A stretch of 64,000 nt of DNA from an uncultured Actinomycetota bacterium (GTDB lineage Bacteria; Actinomycetota; Actinomycetes; Mycobacteriales; Jatrophihabitantaceae), in assembly GCA_963796905.1 (NCBI GenBank), contig CAWCNK010000008.1, positions 225,298-289,297 on the forward strand, written 5' to 3'. The stretch's first letter is position 1; every line of letters begins with the position of its first letter. Shown piece by piece: positions 44,266-54,706 of the stretch. The notes under the pieces are model-generated. The model searched no databases, was not told the origin of the DNA, and saw nothing but the letters and a program-made list of their open reading frames with translations. Position numbers and translations under genes: made by a program.

Positions 44266-44387
44266 GCTGGAGGACAACGACCGGGCGCCGGGACGGCATT
44301 CCCGCCGTGACAAGCGCCTCAGGCCGGCGGCGGTCGTGGGCAGGACCGGGCTTGGTCCGGCCGGACCGGGACTGGCAGGATGCGGCG

Positions 44388-44948
44388 GTGACGACATATC
44401 GGATCTGCGTGTTTTGCGGGGCCAGTGCCGGGGCGTCCCCGGAGTACGTGGCGCAGGCCCACCAGCTCGGCGGCGAGCTGGGCCGGCGCGGCATCGGGCT
44501 GGTCTACGGCGCCGGCGGGGTCGGCGTGATGGGCGCGGTGTCCGACGGTGCGCTGGCCGCCGGCGGCGAGGTGATCGGGGTGATCCCGCAGGCCCTGATG
44601 GAGCGGGAGTACGGCCGCACCGACCTCAGCGACCTGCGAGTGGTCGCCACCATGCACGAGCGCAAGGCGTTGATGCACGAACTGGCGGACGCCTTCCTGG
44701 TGCTGCCCGGGGGGCTGGGCACCCTGGAGGAGATGTTCGAGACGCTGACCTGGGCGCAGCTCGGGCTGCAGCACAAGCCACTGGTGGTGCTCAACATCGG
44801 GGGCTACTACACGCCGCTGCGCAACCTGCTCGATCACGGGGTTGCCGAAGGTTTCCTGACCGCGCGGGACCAGGCCCTGGTGCGCGTCGTGGACACCCTG
44901 GACGAGGTCTGGCCGGCGCTGCGGCTGGCCCCGGCGGCCCGGGACTAG
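44388..44948 (+). CDS. LOG family protein (nucleotide 5'-monophosphate N-glycosidase / cytokinin riboside 5'-monophosphate phosphoribohydrolase type, TIGR00730-like)
   Basis: GTG at 44388. Sequence: ICVFCGAS...LVYGAGGVGVMG...HERKALM...PGGLGTLEE (PGGxGTxxE motif). Confidence 0.85.
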   Translation: MTTYRICVFCGASAGASPEYVAQAHQLGGELGRRGIGLVYGAGGVGVMGAVSDGALAAGGEVIGVIPQALMEREYGRTDLSDLRVVATMHERKALMHELADAFLVLPGGLGTLEEMFETLTWAQLGLQHKPLVVLNIGGYYTPLRNLLDHGVAEGFLTARDQALVRVVDTLDEVWPALRLAPAARD

Positions 44949-45023
44949 CCGGCAGGGATCAGCCGGCGCACAACTTATAGCCGGCCTTCTGTCCCATTTA
45001 GTCGGCGCAGGGGTTTATAGACG

Positions 45024-45134
45024 GTCCACACCATATATGCGATGCTGTGGACGCTTCGCCCCTAGTGCCGGTAGTGCCGCGGCCCTTCGCGAAGCGCACC
45101 GCGCACTCGACCGAGGCACTAGTGGGGAACTCGT
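45024..45134 (+). promoter_or_regulatory. Structured leader with SD-sequestering helix upstream of the PurA paralogue (candidate riboregulator)
   Basis: Hairpin gtccaca (45024-30) / tgtggac (45046-52). Helix cgcttcgc (45052-59) / gcgaagcg (45089-96). cccc+tagtgcc (45059-69) pairs with ggcacta+gggg (45115-21 and 45124-27), and the latter contains the GGGG Shine-Dalgarno 7 nt before the GTG at 45135. TAGTGCCG is duplicated (45063-70, 45072-79). Confidence 0.4.
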
Positions 45135-46607
45135 GTGAACACCGTTGCCGCCCCAGCAGTCGCGCCACCTGCCGCTGCTCCGTCCACCGGAAATCTCTCG
45201 CTGCACGGGGTGCGCCAGATCCGGCAGACCCGGTTGGACGAGACGCTGGCCAGGCTCGCCGGGCTGAACATCGCCGTGCCGCCGACCCAGTACGTCACCT
45301 GGATCGGCGACCTGCAGCAGGGCGACGGCGGCAAGGGCGCCATGGTGGACCGGCTGAGCCCCAGCCACCAGCTGATCGTGCGCACCCAGGGCGGCGACAA
45401 CGCCGGCCACACCACGGTCTACACCGGCGCCGACGGGCAGGACGTGGTGCTCAAGAACCACATCGTGCCCTCCGGGCTGCGCCATCCCGGCTGCATCGGG
45501 GTGCTGGGCAACGGCGTGCTGGTCAACCCGGAACGGCTCTCCGACGAGCTGACGGCCTTCGCCGACGAGGTGCCCGACATCGCCGGCCGGGTGCTGGTCA
45601 GCTCCCGGGCGCACCTGGTGCTGCCGCTGCACCGGCTGGTCGACGGACACCAGGAGGATCTCAAGCGGCAGTCCGCCCACGAGATCGGCACCACCCACCG
45701 CGGCATCGGGCCGGCCAACGTCAGCAAGGTCAACCGGATCGGGATCCGGGTCGGGGACGTGGCCGACCTGGCCCTGGTCGAGCAGCGGCTGCGGGCCAAC
45801 GTGCAGTTCTTCAACCTCGACCCGTCGGAACTGGAGCGCAACCTCGACTGGCTCACCGGCTACCGCGAGCTGCTGCTGTCGCTGGCCACCGACTCGCACC
45901 GGCTGATCAACACCGCGGTCGCGGCCGGTTACTCGGTGCTCTTCGAGGGCGCCCAGGGACCGCTGATCGACCTCGAGCACGGCATCTACCCCTACGTCAC
46001 CACCTCGCCCACCGCGATCTACTCCGTCGGCAGCGGCAGCGGGGTGGACCTGAACAGCGTGACCCGGCGGGTCGGGGTGCTCAAGGTGTACCAGACCATG
46101 GTGGGCAACGGGGCGTTCGTGTCGGAGGACCACGGCCCGCTGGCCGACCGGCTGCGCAGGCTCGGGTCCGAGGTGGGCACCACCACCGGACGGCCGCGAC
46201 GCTGCGGCTGGCTGGACCTGGTGCACGCGCACTGGGCGGTCGGGCTGAACCGCTACACCAGCGTGGTGCTGACCAAGCTCGACGTGCTGGACGACTTCGA
46301 CGAGATCGGGGTCTGCATCGCCTACGAGCGCAACGGCGTGATCGAGGCGCACTTCGAACCGGAGCACCACGTGCTGATGGAGTGCACCCCGGTCTACCGC
46401 TACTTCCCGGGCTGGAAGTCCGCCACCACCGGCCTGCACAGCTACTCCGAGCTGCCGGTGCAGGCCCGCCAGCTGATCGACTTCGTCGCCGACTACCTCG
46501 GGGTGCCGATCGGTGGGGTCACCAAGGGCCCGCGGGACAGTGACATCCTGCTGCCGGCGGGCTCCGAGCTGGTGCCGATGCTGGCCGGCTCCCGGCCGGC
46601 CGGCTGA
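45135..46607 (+). CDS. Adenylosuccinate synthetase paralogue (divergent PurA-like, about 60-aa N-terminal extension)
   Basis: 490 aa. Compared with canonical PurA: GDLQQGDGGKGAMVD (canonical GAQWGDEGKGKxxD), GGDNAGHT, IGTTHRGIGPA, GAQGPLIDLEHGIYPYVTTS and TTGRPRRCGWLD. It is clearly homologous but far from housekeeping actinobacterial PurA as I recall it. Confidence 0.85.
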   Translation: MNTVAAPAVAPPAAAPSTGNLSLHGVRQIRQTRLDETLARLAGLNIAVPPTQYVTWIGDLQQGDGGKGAMVDRLSPSHQLIVRTQGGDNAGHTTVYTGADGQDVVLKNHIVPSGLRHPGCIGVLGNGVLVNPERLSDELTAFADEVPDIAGRVLVSSRAHLVLPLHRLVDGHQEDLKRQSAHEIGTTHRGIGPANVSKVNRIGIRVGDVADLALVEQRLRANVQFFNLDPSELERNLDWLTGYRELLLSLATDSHRLINTAVAAGYSVLFEGAQGPLIDLEHGIYPYVTTSPTAIYSVGSGSGVDLNSVTRRVGVLKVYQTMVGNGAFVSEDHGPLADRLRRLGSEVGTTTGRPRRCGWLDLVHAHWAVGLNRYTSVVLTKLDVLDDFDEIGVCIAYERNGVIEAHFEPEHHVLMECTPVYRYFPGWKSATTGLHSYSELPVQARQLIDFVADYLGVPIGGVTKGPRDSDILLPAGSELVPMLAGSRPAG

Positions 46608-46614
46608 GCCGCCG

Positions 46615-47904
<1,290 letters not shown>

Positions 47905-47956
47905 CCGGTCGGGCCGCGCCGTCTGGTCGGGCGCGCCGTCTGGTCGGGCGCGCTTA

Positions 47957-48805
47957 CTAGTCGGGGTCGGCCGGTCGGCCGGGCTGCGCTGCGCAGGCGG
48001 CCAGCAACCGCCGGGCGGTCGCAGCGTCCGGGGCGAGTGCCACCGGCAGCTGGTTGCCGCCGGCCAGGTCGAACGGGGTGCCGGCGGCCGTCTCGGTGTG
48101 CCCACCGGCCTCGGCGTGCAACAGCAGGCCGGCGGCGTGGTCCCAGGGCAGCTCCCAGTTCACCAGCATCGCCGTCCGGCGGCCGGCCGCCAGCTCCAGG
48201 TAGACCAGGCCGGAGGTGTCGAAGAAGGCGGGCGAGACCCCGGTGCCGAACAGCGCGTTGAACCGGCTGCGGTCCGCGGCCGCCCACCAGCGCGGCTGCG
48301 GCAGCGCCACGTCCAGCCCGCGCAGGCCGTCCGGCGGCCGGGCCACCCGGAGCCGCCGGGAGTTGAGGTAGGCGCCCTGCCCGGCCACCGCGGTCGCGGT
48401 CAGCTCCAGCAACGGCGCCACCGTCCAGGACGCCAGCAGCCGACCGCCCTGCGCCAGCGCGACCAGGGTGGCGAACCGCGGGCTGCCGGTGGCGAACGCC
48501 TCGGTGCCGTCGATCGGGTCGACGATCCACACCGGCGCCGGCCCGCGCAGCGCGTCCAGCACCGCGGGGTCGGCGGCCACCGCCTCCTCGCCGACCACCA
48601 CCGAGCCCGGCAGCAGGTCCGCCAGCACCCGGCCCAGCTCCCGCTCGGCGTCGGAGTCGGCGACGGTGACCAGGTCGCCCGGCGCCTTCTCGGCCACCTC
48701 GGCGTCGGTGAGCCGGCCGAACCGGGGGACGATCAGCTCGCCGGCCACCCGCCGGATCTGCTCGGTGACGAAGCCGAGTTGCGGGCCGGTCAGCACGGCG
48801 GCCAC
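47957..48805 (-). CDS. Inositol monophosphatase family phosphatase
   Basis: 282 aa with a GTG start. Motifs are VGEE, WIVDPIDGT and WDHAAG. The start lies 1 nt after the stop of the upstream MFS gene. Confidence 0.85.
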   Translation of the reverse strand: MAAVLTGPQLGFVTEQIRRVAGELIVPRFGRLTDAEVAEKAPGDLVTVADSDAERELGRVLADLLPGSVVVGEEAVAADPAVLDALRGPAPVWIVDPIDGTEAFATGSPRFATLVALAQGGRLLASWTVAPLLELTATAVAGQGAYLNSRRLRVARPPDGLRGLDVALPQPRWWAAADRSRFNALFGTGVSPAFFDTSGLVYLELAAGRRTAMLVNWELPWDHAAGLLLHAEAGGHTETAAGTPFDLAGGNQLPVALAPDAATARRLLAACAAQPGRPADPD

Positions 48806-48806
48806 G

Positions 48807-50018
48807 CTACCGGGCAGCGGGTTCGGCCCGGACGAACGCCAGCAGCGCCACCGCCAGGGCCAACACCGCGCAGCCGGCGGTCAGCAGGAACGAACCCCGC
48901 ACCCCCGGAGCACCGCCGATGCTCACGCCGGCGACCGAGGAGCCGAGGGCGCTGCCGGCCAGGAACAGCGTGGTGACCCAGGCGAAGGCCTCGGTGACGG
49001 TGCCGGCCGGCGCGGCGTCGGCGATCAGCACGAAGCCGCAGGCCAGGATCGGCGCCAGGAAGAAGCCGGCCACGAACAGCAGGCCGAACATCCAGACCGG
49101 CTGCGGGGTCAGCGCCAGCGGCAGGTAGCCCAGCGCCATCGCCGCCAGCAGCCAGCGCAGCCGCACCACCGGGTTGCCGCGCCAGTGCCGGCTGCCGTAG
49201 AGCAACCCGCCCACCAGCCCGCCGAGCGAAGCGGTGCCCAGCAGGCCCCCGGAGTAGGACGACGAGCCGGCCTGCTCGGCGTAGCCGACCACCACCACGT
49301 TGAGCACGCCCAGCGAGCTGCCCACCCAGAACATGCTGCCCAGGATCACCACGACCAGCCGGGACCGCAGCGCGCCGGCCCAGTGCGGGGTATGTGCGGG
49401 CGGGCGCCAGTGCCGGACCGGTTCCCGGCTGACGAACAGCAGGGTGCCGACCAGCATGGTCGCGCTCAGCACGTACAGCGCCACCTCGGGGGCAACCGTG
49501 GCGAACAGCACCGCGGCCAGGAACGGCCCGATTATGTAGAGCAGTTCCTGCAGCGAGGTGTCCAGCGCGTAGGCGACCTCGACCAGCGCCCGGTCCGGCA
49601 GCACCACCGACCACAGGCTGCGCAGCGCCGGCTCCAGGGGCGGCGAGAGCAGGCCGGCCAGCAGCACGCAGGCCATCGGGTAGCGCAGGTCGGCGTCCCC
49701 GGCGGTCGCCAGCAGGCAGAAGCCGGCGGCCGAGCCGAAGCCGGCGACGGTCAGCACCAGCACCTGGCCGGTCCGGTCGATGGCCCGGCCCAGCGCCGGT
49801 CCGCCCACCGCCGAGGCCAGCGCGAAGGTGGCGATCACCGCCCCCACCTCTGCGAACGAGCGGCCGTGCGCGCGCAGGAACAGCACGATGGACAGCGTCG
49901 CCATCCCGTTGGGCACCCGGCCGAGCAGGTTGGCACCGATCAGTGCCAGCGCGTGCGGCTGGGCCAGGCAGGCCCGGTAGCTGGCGAGCCCCGGATGGGC
50001 GGGCGCCTCGGCGGTCAT
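48807..50018 (-). CDS. MFS transporter
   Basis: 403 aa from ATG at 50018 (MTAEAPAHPGLASYRACL...), with 12 TM segments. The start lies 16 nt after the GMC oxidoreductase stop. Confidence 0.8.
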   Translation of the reverse strand: MTAEAPAHPGLASYRACLAQPHALALIGANLLGRVPNGMATLSIVLFLRAHGRSFAEVGAVIATFALASAVGGPALGRAIDRTGQVLVLTVAGFGSAAGFCLLATAGDADLRYPMACVLLAGLLSPPLEPALRSLWSVVLPDRALVEVAYALDTSLQELLYIIGPFLAAVLFATVAPEVALYVLSATMLVGTLLFVSREPVRHWRPPAHTPHWAGALRSRLVVVILGSMFWVGSSLGVLNVVVVGYAEQAGSSSYSGGLLGTASLGGLVGGLLYGSRHWRGNPVVRLRWLLAAMALGYLPLALTPQPVWMFGLLFVAGFFLAPILACGFVLIADAAPAGTVTEAFAWVTTLFLAGSALGSSVAGVSIGGAPGVRGSFLLTAGCAVLALAVALLAFVRAEPAAR

Positions 50019-50034
50019 CGCAGGGCCTCGACCG

Positions 50035-51540
50035 TCATCGCAGCCCGGCGACCAGCGGGCCGGCCAGCGCCGCGGCCACCGCCAGCACGCTGAGCTGGGT
50101 GTTGGCCCGCGGCGTGCTGGGCAGCACCGAGGCGTCGGCGACGACCAGGTTGTCGAAGCCGTGCACCCGGCCCTGGCCGTCGGCCACCGCACCCCGCGCC
50201 GGGTCGGGGCCGAGCGCGCAGGTGCCCACCGGATGCCAGTAGGTGCCCAGCGTGGTGCGCAGCCGGGCCAGCCCCGCCGGGCTGCGGTCGCCGAGGTCGG
50301 GCGCCTCGACCAGGGTGGCCAGGCTCGCCAGCTCCGGGGTGCCGGCCAGTTCCCGGGCCAGCTCCACGCCGTCGGCCAGCGCCTGCAGATCGGCGCCGCC
50401 GGGGTCGGACAGGTAGTTCTGGTCGGGCACCGGCTCGCCGTCGCGGAGCCGGACCGAGCCGCGGGAGGCCGGCTTCATCAGGAACGCGGTGATGCCGACC
50501 TCGTACTGGCCCGGCGCCGGGGTGCCGAACAGCGGCGCGCCGGCGGTCGGCAGCAGGTGCAGGTCCCACTGGCCGGCCGGGCACGCCGACGACGCGGCCT
50601 TGACGGCCACCTGGCTGGCGTACAGCTTGCCGCGGCCCTCGATCTCGGCCAGCGCGTCGCGCAGCCGGTCGGTGGTGGCCAGCCGCAGCGTCACCCCGGG
50701 GTGGTCGGACAGGTTCGCCCCGACCCCGGACAGCTCGTGCACCGCGGCCACCCCGTCGGCCGCCAGCCGTCGCGGATCGCCGATGCCGCTGCGCATCAGC
50801 ACCGCCGGCGATCCGAAGGCACCGGCGGCCAGCACCACGGTGCCCGCGGCGATCCGCCGGAGCTGCCCGTCGTGGCTGACCAGCACCCCGGTCACGGTGC
50901 CGCCGGTGAACTCCAGCCGTTGTACGCAGGCCCCGGCGAGGATGTCCACCGCGTCGTCGGCCCGGCAGTCGTCGAGGTAGCCGAAGGCGGCGTTCCAGCG
51001 CAGGTCACCGACCGCGTTGATCGGCGGCATGCCGACCCCGGCCCCGGCGGTCCGGCCGGCCAGGTCCTCGGTGAGCGGGTAGCCCAGCCGCTGGGCGCCG
51101 GTCACACTCGCCGCCGAGAACAGCGAGATCTCCTCCTCGGCCACCGGCCGGACCCGCAGCCGGTCCAACGCGGCGGCGCGGTGCGGCTCCAGCGCCGCCG
51201 CGGTCAGCTGCGGCGCACCAGCCAGTTCGGCCCACTCGTCGTAGTCGGCGTCCGAGCCCCAGGTGTGCCAGCAGCCGTTGACGCAGGAACTGCCGCCGAG
51301 CACCTTGCCGCACCACTCGTTCGGAGGGGCAGCCGGGTTCCACAGGTCCTCGCGGGGCAACTCGCGGGCGTCCAGGACGCCGGCCGGCCAGCTCGCCCGG
51401 TCCGGGCCGTAGTCCGGGCCGGCCTCGACCAGCAGCATCGACAACCCCGGCAGCTGCCGGGCGGCGGCGGCGAGCACGCAGCCGGCGACGCCGCCACCGA
51501 CGATGATCAGGTCGTAGCTGCTGCGCGGGGAAACGGGCAC
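50035..51540 (-). CDS. GMC family FAD-dependent oxidoreductase
   Basis: 501 aa. The FAD-binding motif is YDLIIVGGGVAGCVLAA. Other GMC landmarks are GKVLGGSSCVNG and the C-terminal HPVGTCALG. Confidence 0.85.
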   Translation of the reverse strand: MPVSPRSSYDLIIVGGGVAGCVLAAAARQLPGLSMLLVEAGPDYGPDRASWPAGVLDARELPREDLWNPAAPPNEWCGKVLGGSSCVNGCWHTWGSDADYDEWAELAGAPQLTAAALEPHRAAALDRLRVRPVAEEEISLFSAASVTGAQRLGYPLTEDLAGRTAGAGVGMPPINAVGDLRWNAAFGYLDDCRADDAVDILAGACVQRLEFTGGTVTGVLVSHDGQLRRIAAGTVVLAAGAFGSPAVLMRSGIGDPRRLAADGVAAVHELSGVGANLSDHPGVTLRLATTDRLRDALAEIEGRGKLYASQVAVKAASSACPAGQWDLHLLPTAGAPLFGTPAPGQYEVGITAFLMKPASRGSVRLRDGEPVPDQNYLSDPGGADLQALADGVELARELAGTPELASLATLVEAPDLGDRSPAGLARLRTTLGTYWHPVGTCALGPDPARGAVADGQGRVHGFDNLVVADASVLPSTPRANTQLSVLAVAAALAGPLVAGLR

Positions 51541-51584
51541 GACGGGATGTCCTTTCGCGAGCGAGGCGAACCGGCCAATCTATA

Positions 51585-52277
51585 TCAGCAGGCGAGGTCG
51601 GGGGCGGCCTGCCAGTCCGGCGCCAGGTGCTCCACGCTGCCCAGCTCGACCAGCCGGGGCCGGCCGCCGTCGAAGGCGATCCGGGTGACCGAACTGACCG
51701 CGACCGGCCCGATCCGGCGGTACTGGCCCAGCGGCAGGCCCAGGAAGTGGCACACCAGCAGCCGCACCGGCGCCTTGTGGGTGAGCAGCGCGATCTTCGT
51801 CCCGGCCCGGCCGGCCATCGCCTCGGTGGCCGCGGCCAGCGCCCGGCCCAGCACCGCCAGGCCGGTCTCGCCACCCGGCGGCGGGTGCCGCGCCGGGTCG
51901 GAGCACCAGGCCTGGTAGTCGGGCTCGGTGCGCACCTGCTCCGGACGGTGGCGCTCCCAGCGTCCGAAGCTCAGCTCCCGCAGCCGGGGGTCGAGCTGGG
52001 CGACCAGCCGGTGCCGGCCGGCGAGCTCGGTGGCGGTCTGGACGCTGCGCCGGGCGGGGCTGGCCACCAGCTGGTCCAGGCCGGCGAGCCCGGCCGCGCC
52101 GGCCAGCTGGCCCGCCATCAGCCGGCCGGCCGGTGACAGCGGCGGGTCGTGGTCGCCGCAGAACTCCCCGGTCAACGTGCAGCCGGTCTGGGCGTGCCGC
52201 ACCAGTACCAGTTCGCCGGACCAGCCGGCGTACGAACCACCCAGCGCCGGCCCGTACTCCGGCACCGCCAGCACCAC
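51585..52277 (-). CDS. Histidine phosphatase (phosphoglycerate-mutase-like) family protein
   Basis: 230 aa. It contains the LVLVRHAQT (RHG-type) motif, and later ...LLTHKAPVR. Confidence 0.75.
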   Translation of the reverse strand: MVLAVPEYGPALGGSYAGWSGELVLVRHAQTGCTLTGEFCGDHDPPLSPAGRLMAGQLAGAAGLAGLDQLVASPARRSVQTATELAGRHRLVAQLDPRLRELSFGRWERHRPEQVRTEPDYQAWCSDPARHPPPGGETGLAVLGRALAAATEAMAGRAGTKIALLTHKAPVRLLVCHFLGLPLGQYRRIGPVAVSSVTRIAFDGGRPRLVELGSVEHLAPDWQAAPDLAC

Positions 52278-52295
52278 CGATCCCCCCGGCTCCGG

Positions 52296-53120
52296 CTAGG
52301 TCCGGGCGCCGTCGAGGGCGTGCCGGCAGCCGCAGTCGAACTCGGCCGGCAGCGCGTTGACGATCCGGGTGACGGCCTCGACGAAGCGGCCGGAGTTCTC
52401 GCCGAAGGCCTGCAGCACGCGCGCGTGGCTGACCAGGTCGGTGTCCTGCTCCTCGGCACCCACCACCTCGGCCAAGGCCACGTCGTAGTCGGTGACGTAG
52501 GACAGGTTCATGTAGCAGAGCTCCAGCTCGCGGGCCAGCACCACCTCCGGGTACTGGGTCATGTTGAGCACGTGCCAGCCCTGCGAGCGGTACCAGCGGC
52601 TCTCGGCCATGGTGCCGAACCGCGGACCCTGGGTGACCACCACCGTGGCGGCGTCGTGGAAACCGCCCTCGATGCCGTCCAGCGCGCCCTTGGCCAGGTC
52701 GCGCATCCGCAGGCAGTACGGGAAGGCCGAGCTGATGTGGGCGCCGCCCTTGACCGGGGAGTCCTTGCCGAAGAAGGTGTCGACCCGGCCGCTGGTCCGG
52801 TCGATGAACTGGTCCACCAGCACCAGGTCGCCACGCCGGTACTCGGCCTGCAGGCTGCCTACCGTGTTCAGCCCGAGGATCTGCTGGATCCCGAGCTCCT
52901 GGAACGCCCACAGGTTGGCCCGGTACGGAACCTCGTGCGGCAGGTACTCGTGGTCGCGGCCGTGCCGGGGCAGGAATGCCACCGGCCGGCCGTCCAGCAG
53001 CGACAGGCTGATCGGCGCGCTGGTCGGGCCGAACGGGGTCTGCGGATTGACCTCCTCCACCGGTTGCAGGAACTGGTAGAAGCCGGTGCCGCCGATGATC
53101 GCAAGAACGGGGGGTTCCAT
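52296..53120 (-). CDS. MTAP / purine nucleoside phosphorylase family protein (S-methyl-5'-thioadenosine phosphorylase-like)
   Basis: 274 aa from ATG at 53120, after AAGGAG. Sequence: LAIIGGTGFY...FLPRHGRDHEYLPHEVPYRAN...GPRFGTMAESRWYRSQGWHVLNMT. Confidence 0.85.
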   Translation of the reverse strand: MEPPVLAIIGGTGFYQFLQPVEEVNPQTPFGPTSAPISLSLLDGRPVAFLPRHGRDHEYLPHEVPYRANLWAFQELGIQQILGLNTVGSLQAEYRRGDLVLVDQFIDRTSGRVDTFFGKDSPVKGGAHISSAFPYCLRMRDLAKGALDGIEGGFHDAATVVVTQGPRFGTMAESRWYRSQGWHVLNMTQYPEVVLARELELCYMNLSYVTDYDVALAEVVGAEEQDTDLVSHARVLQAFGENSGRFVEAVTRIVNALPAEFDCGCRHALDGART

Positions 53121-53164
53121 GTCGCTCCTTGGTAGCTGGGAAGGGGGTCGGTGACGGCTAGGGA

Positions 53165-54643
53165 TCAGGTGGCCGGCGCGGCCTGCCGCACCGCCACCTG
53201 CAGCGCGGTGTGCAGCGCCGCCTCGGAGAGCACCGGGCCGGCGAACTCGGCATAGGCCCGGACCAGGTTCTCGGTGCTGGACCGGCGCACCGACAGCCAC
53301 TGCCGGTCGGGCAGCGCCAGCCGGACGCCGTCCACCCGCTGCCTCGACAGCGGCGGCAGGTCCAGGCCGGTGGCCGCCAGCAGTCCGGACGCGACCGCCG
53401 GCAGGTCCAGCACCCCGGCCGGGCAGCCGACCGAGGTCTCCAGGTAGTGCCGCCGCCCGTACCGCTCGCGCAGCCCGCCGACGGCCTCGGCCAGGCTCTG
53501 CTGGGTGTCGGCCAGCAGCCGGGCCAGCAGGGCGATCACCACCGACGGATCCCGGTCGGCGCCGAACGGGGCGAAGGCCAGGTCGCCGACGTTGCCGCCG
53601 GCCGCGCAGATCCGCCCGCCGGCCAGCAGCTCGGCCATGTGCTTGAAGCCGACCCCGGTGACCAGCACCTCGCCACCGTGCTCGGCGGCGAGGCGGCCGG
53701 GCAGGCTGGCGGTGGTCGAGGTCACCGCGATGTCCCGGGTGGGCAGCTCGGGCCGGCTGCGGTACAGCTGCTCCAGCAACAGCGCGTACAGCTCGCCGGC
53801 GCCCAGCACCCCGCCGTCCGGGCCGACCACGAAGACCCGGTCACCGTCGCCGTCCAGCACGATGCCGAAGTCGGCCGCCAGCTCCGGCACCGCCGCGGCG
53901 ATCCGGCGCCGGGACGCGGGCAGCGACGGGTCCGGCACCAGGCCGCCGAAGTCCTGCCGGGGCTCACACCCGATGCCGGTCGCCGTCCAGCCGAGCAGTT
54001 CGGCCAGCCGGAGCATGGCCGGCCCCGCGATGCCGTGCAGGCCGTCCACCACCACCCGCCAGGGCCGGCCCGGCGCGAGGCCGACATCGCCCAGTACCCG
54101 GGCCAGGTGGGCCTCGATCACGGGCTCGGCCGGGCTCGGCGACCCGGCCGGCTCAGCCAGCTCGGCCGTCGGCGACCCGGCCGATCGTGGTTCGGCCGGC
54201 GGTGGTCCGGCCGGCGAGGGCGCGGACTCGACCAGCTCCAGGTAGCGGTCCTCGATCTCGGACTCCACCGCGGCCGGGATGCTGCCGGCGACGCCGAACT
54301 TGACCTTGAGGCCGTTCCAGCCGGTCGGGTTGTGGCTGGCGGTGACCAGGAACGCCAGGTCGGCGGAACCGGCCGACACCGCCGCCGAAGCGATCGGGGT
54401 GGGCAACCCGGCGTAGCACAGCGCGGTGATCTCCGGGCGGCGCCGGGCCACCGCGGCGTGCACGGCCGCGGCGACGTCCGGGCCGCCCCGCCGGCCGTCG
54501 TAGCTGATCAATACCCGGCGCAGCGGCACCCGCGGCGCCAGCACGTCCAGCACCGCGGCGGCCAGCAGCCCGGCCGCCGCCGGGGTGAAGCCGGCACCGA
54601 TCTCGCCGCGCCAGCCGTCGGCGCTGGACTTCAGCCTCAGCAC
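53165..54643 (-). CDS. Alpha-D-phosphohexomutase superfamily protein (divergent phosphomannomutase / phosphoglucomutase / phosphopentomutase-like)
   Basis: 492 aa with a GTG start. The catalytic Ser loop is TASHNPTGWNGLKV, the metal loop is LDGDGDRVFV, and the phosphate loop is RRSSTENLVR. The sugar-binding loop is atypical (AAGGNVGD instead of GEESGH). Confidence 0.8.
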   Translation of the reverse strand: MLRLKSSADGWRGEIGAGFTPAAAGLLAAAVLDVLAPRVPLRRVLISYDGRRGGPDVAAAVHAAVARRRPEITALCYAGLPTPIASAAVSAGSADLAFLVTASHNPTGWNGLKVKFGVAGSIPAAVESEIEDRYLELVESAPSPAGPPPAEPRSAGSPTAELAEPAGSPSPAEPVIEAHLARVLGDVGLAPGRPWRVVVDGLHGIAGPAMLRLAELLGWTATGIGCEPRQDFGGLVPDPSLPASRRRIAAAVPELAADFGIVLDGDGDRVFVVGPDGGVLGAGELYALLLEQLYRSRPELPTRDIAVTSTTASLPGRLAAEHGGEVLVTGVGFKHMAELLAGGRICAAGGNVGDLAFAPFGADRDPSVVIALLARLLADTQQSLAEAVGGLRERYGRRHYLETSVGCPAGVLDLPAVASGLLAATGLDLPPLSRQRVDGVRLALPDRQWLSVRRSSTENLVRAYAEFAGPVLSEAALHTALQVAVRQAAPAT

Positions 54644-54706
54644 GGCGACCGCCTCAGTCCGGTCAGCCTCAGCAGCCAGGTCAGCCTCAGCCCGGTCAGC
54701 CTCAGC
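54631..54706 (-). repeat. Four copies of TCAGCCTCAGC (minus strand GCTGAGGCTGA) spanning the kinase-mutase junction
   Basis: Copies lie at 54631-41, 54663-73, 54681-91 and 54696-706. On the coding strand each copy carries two TGA triplets and a GAGG. The array runs from the kinase stop to the mutase GTG. Confidence 0.8.

Noticed and set aside
47905-47956. Terminator between the convergent PurB-like and IMPase genes.
   Set aside because: The gap contains a direct repeat (gccgtctggtcgggcgc x2), not an inverted repeat. I could not fold a convincing hairpin.
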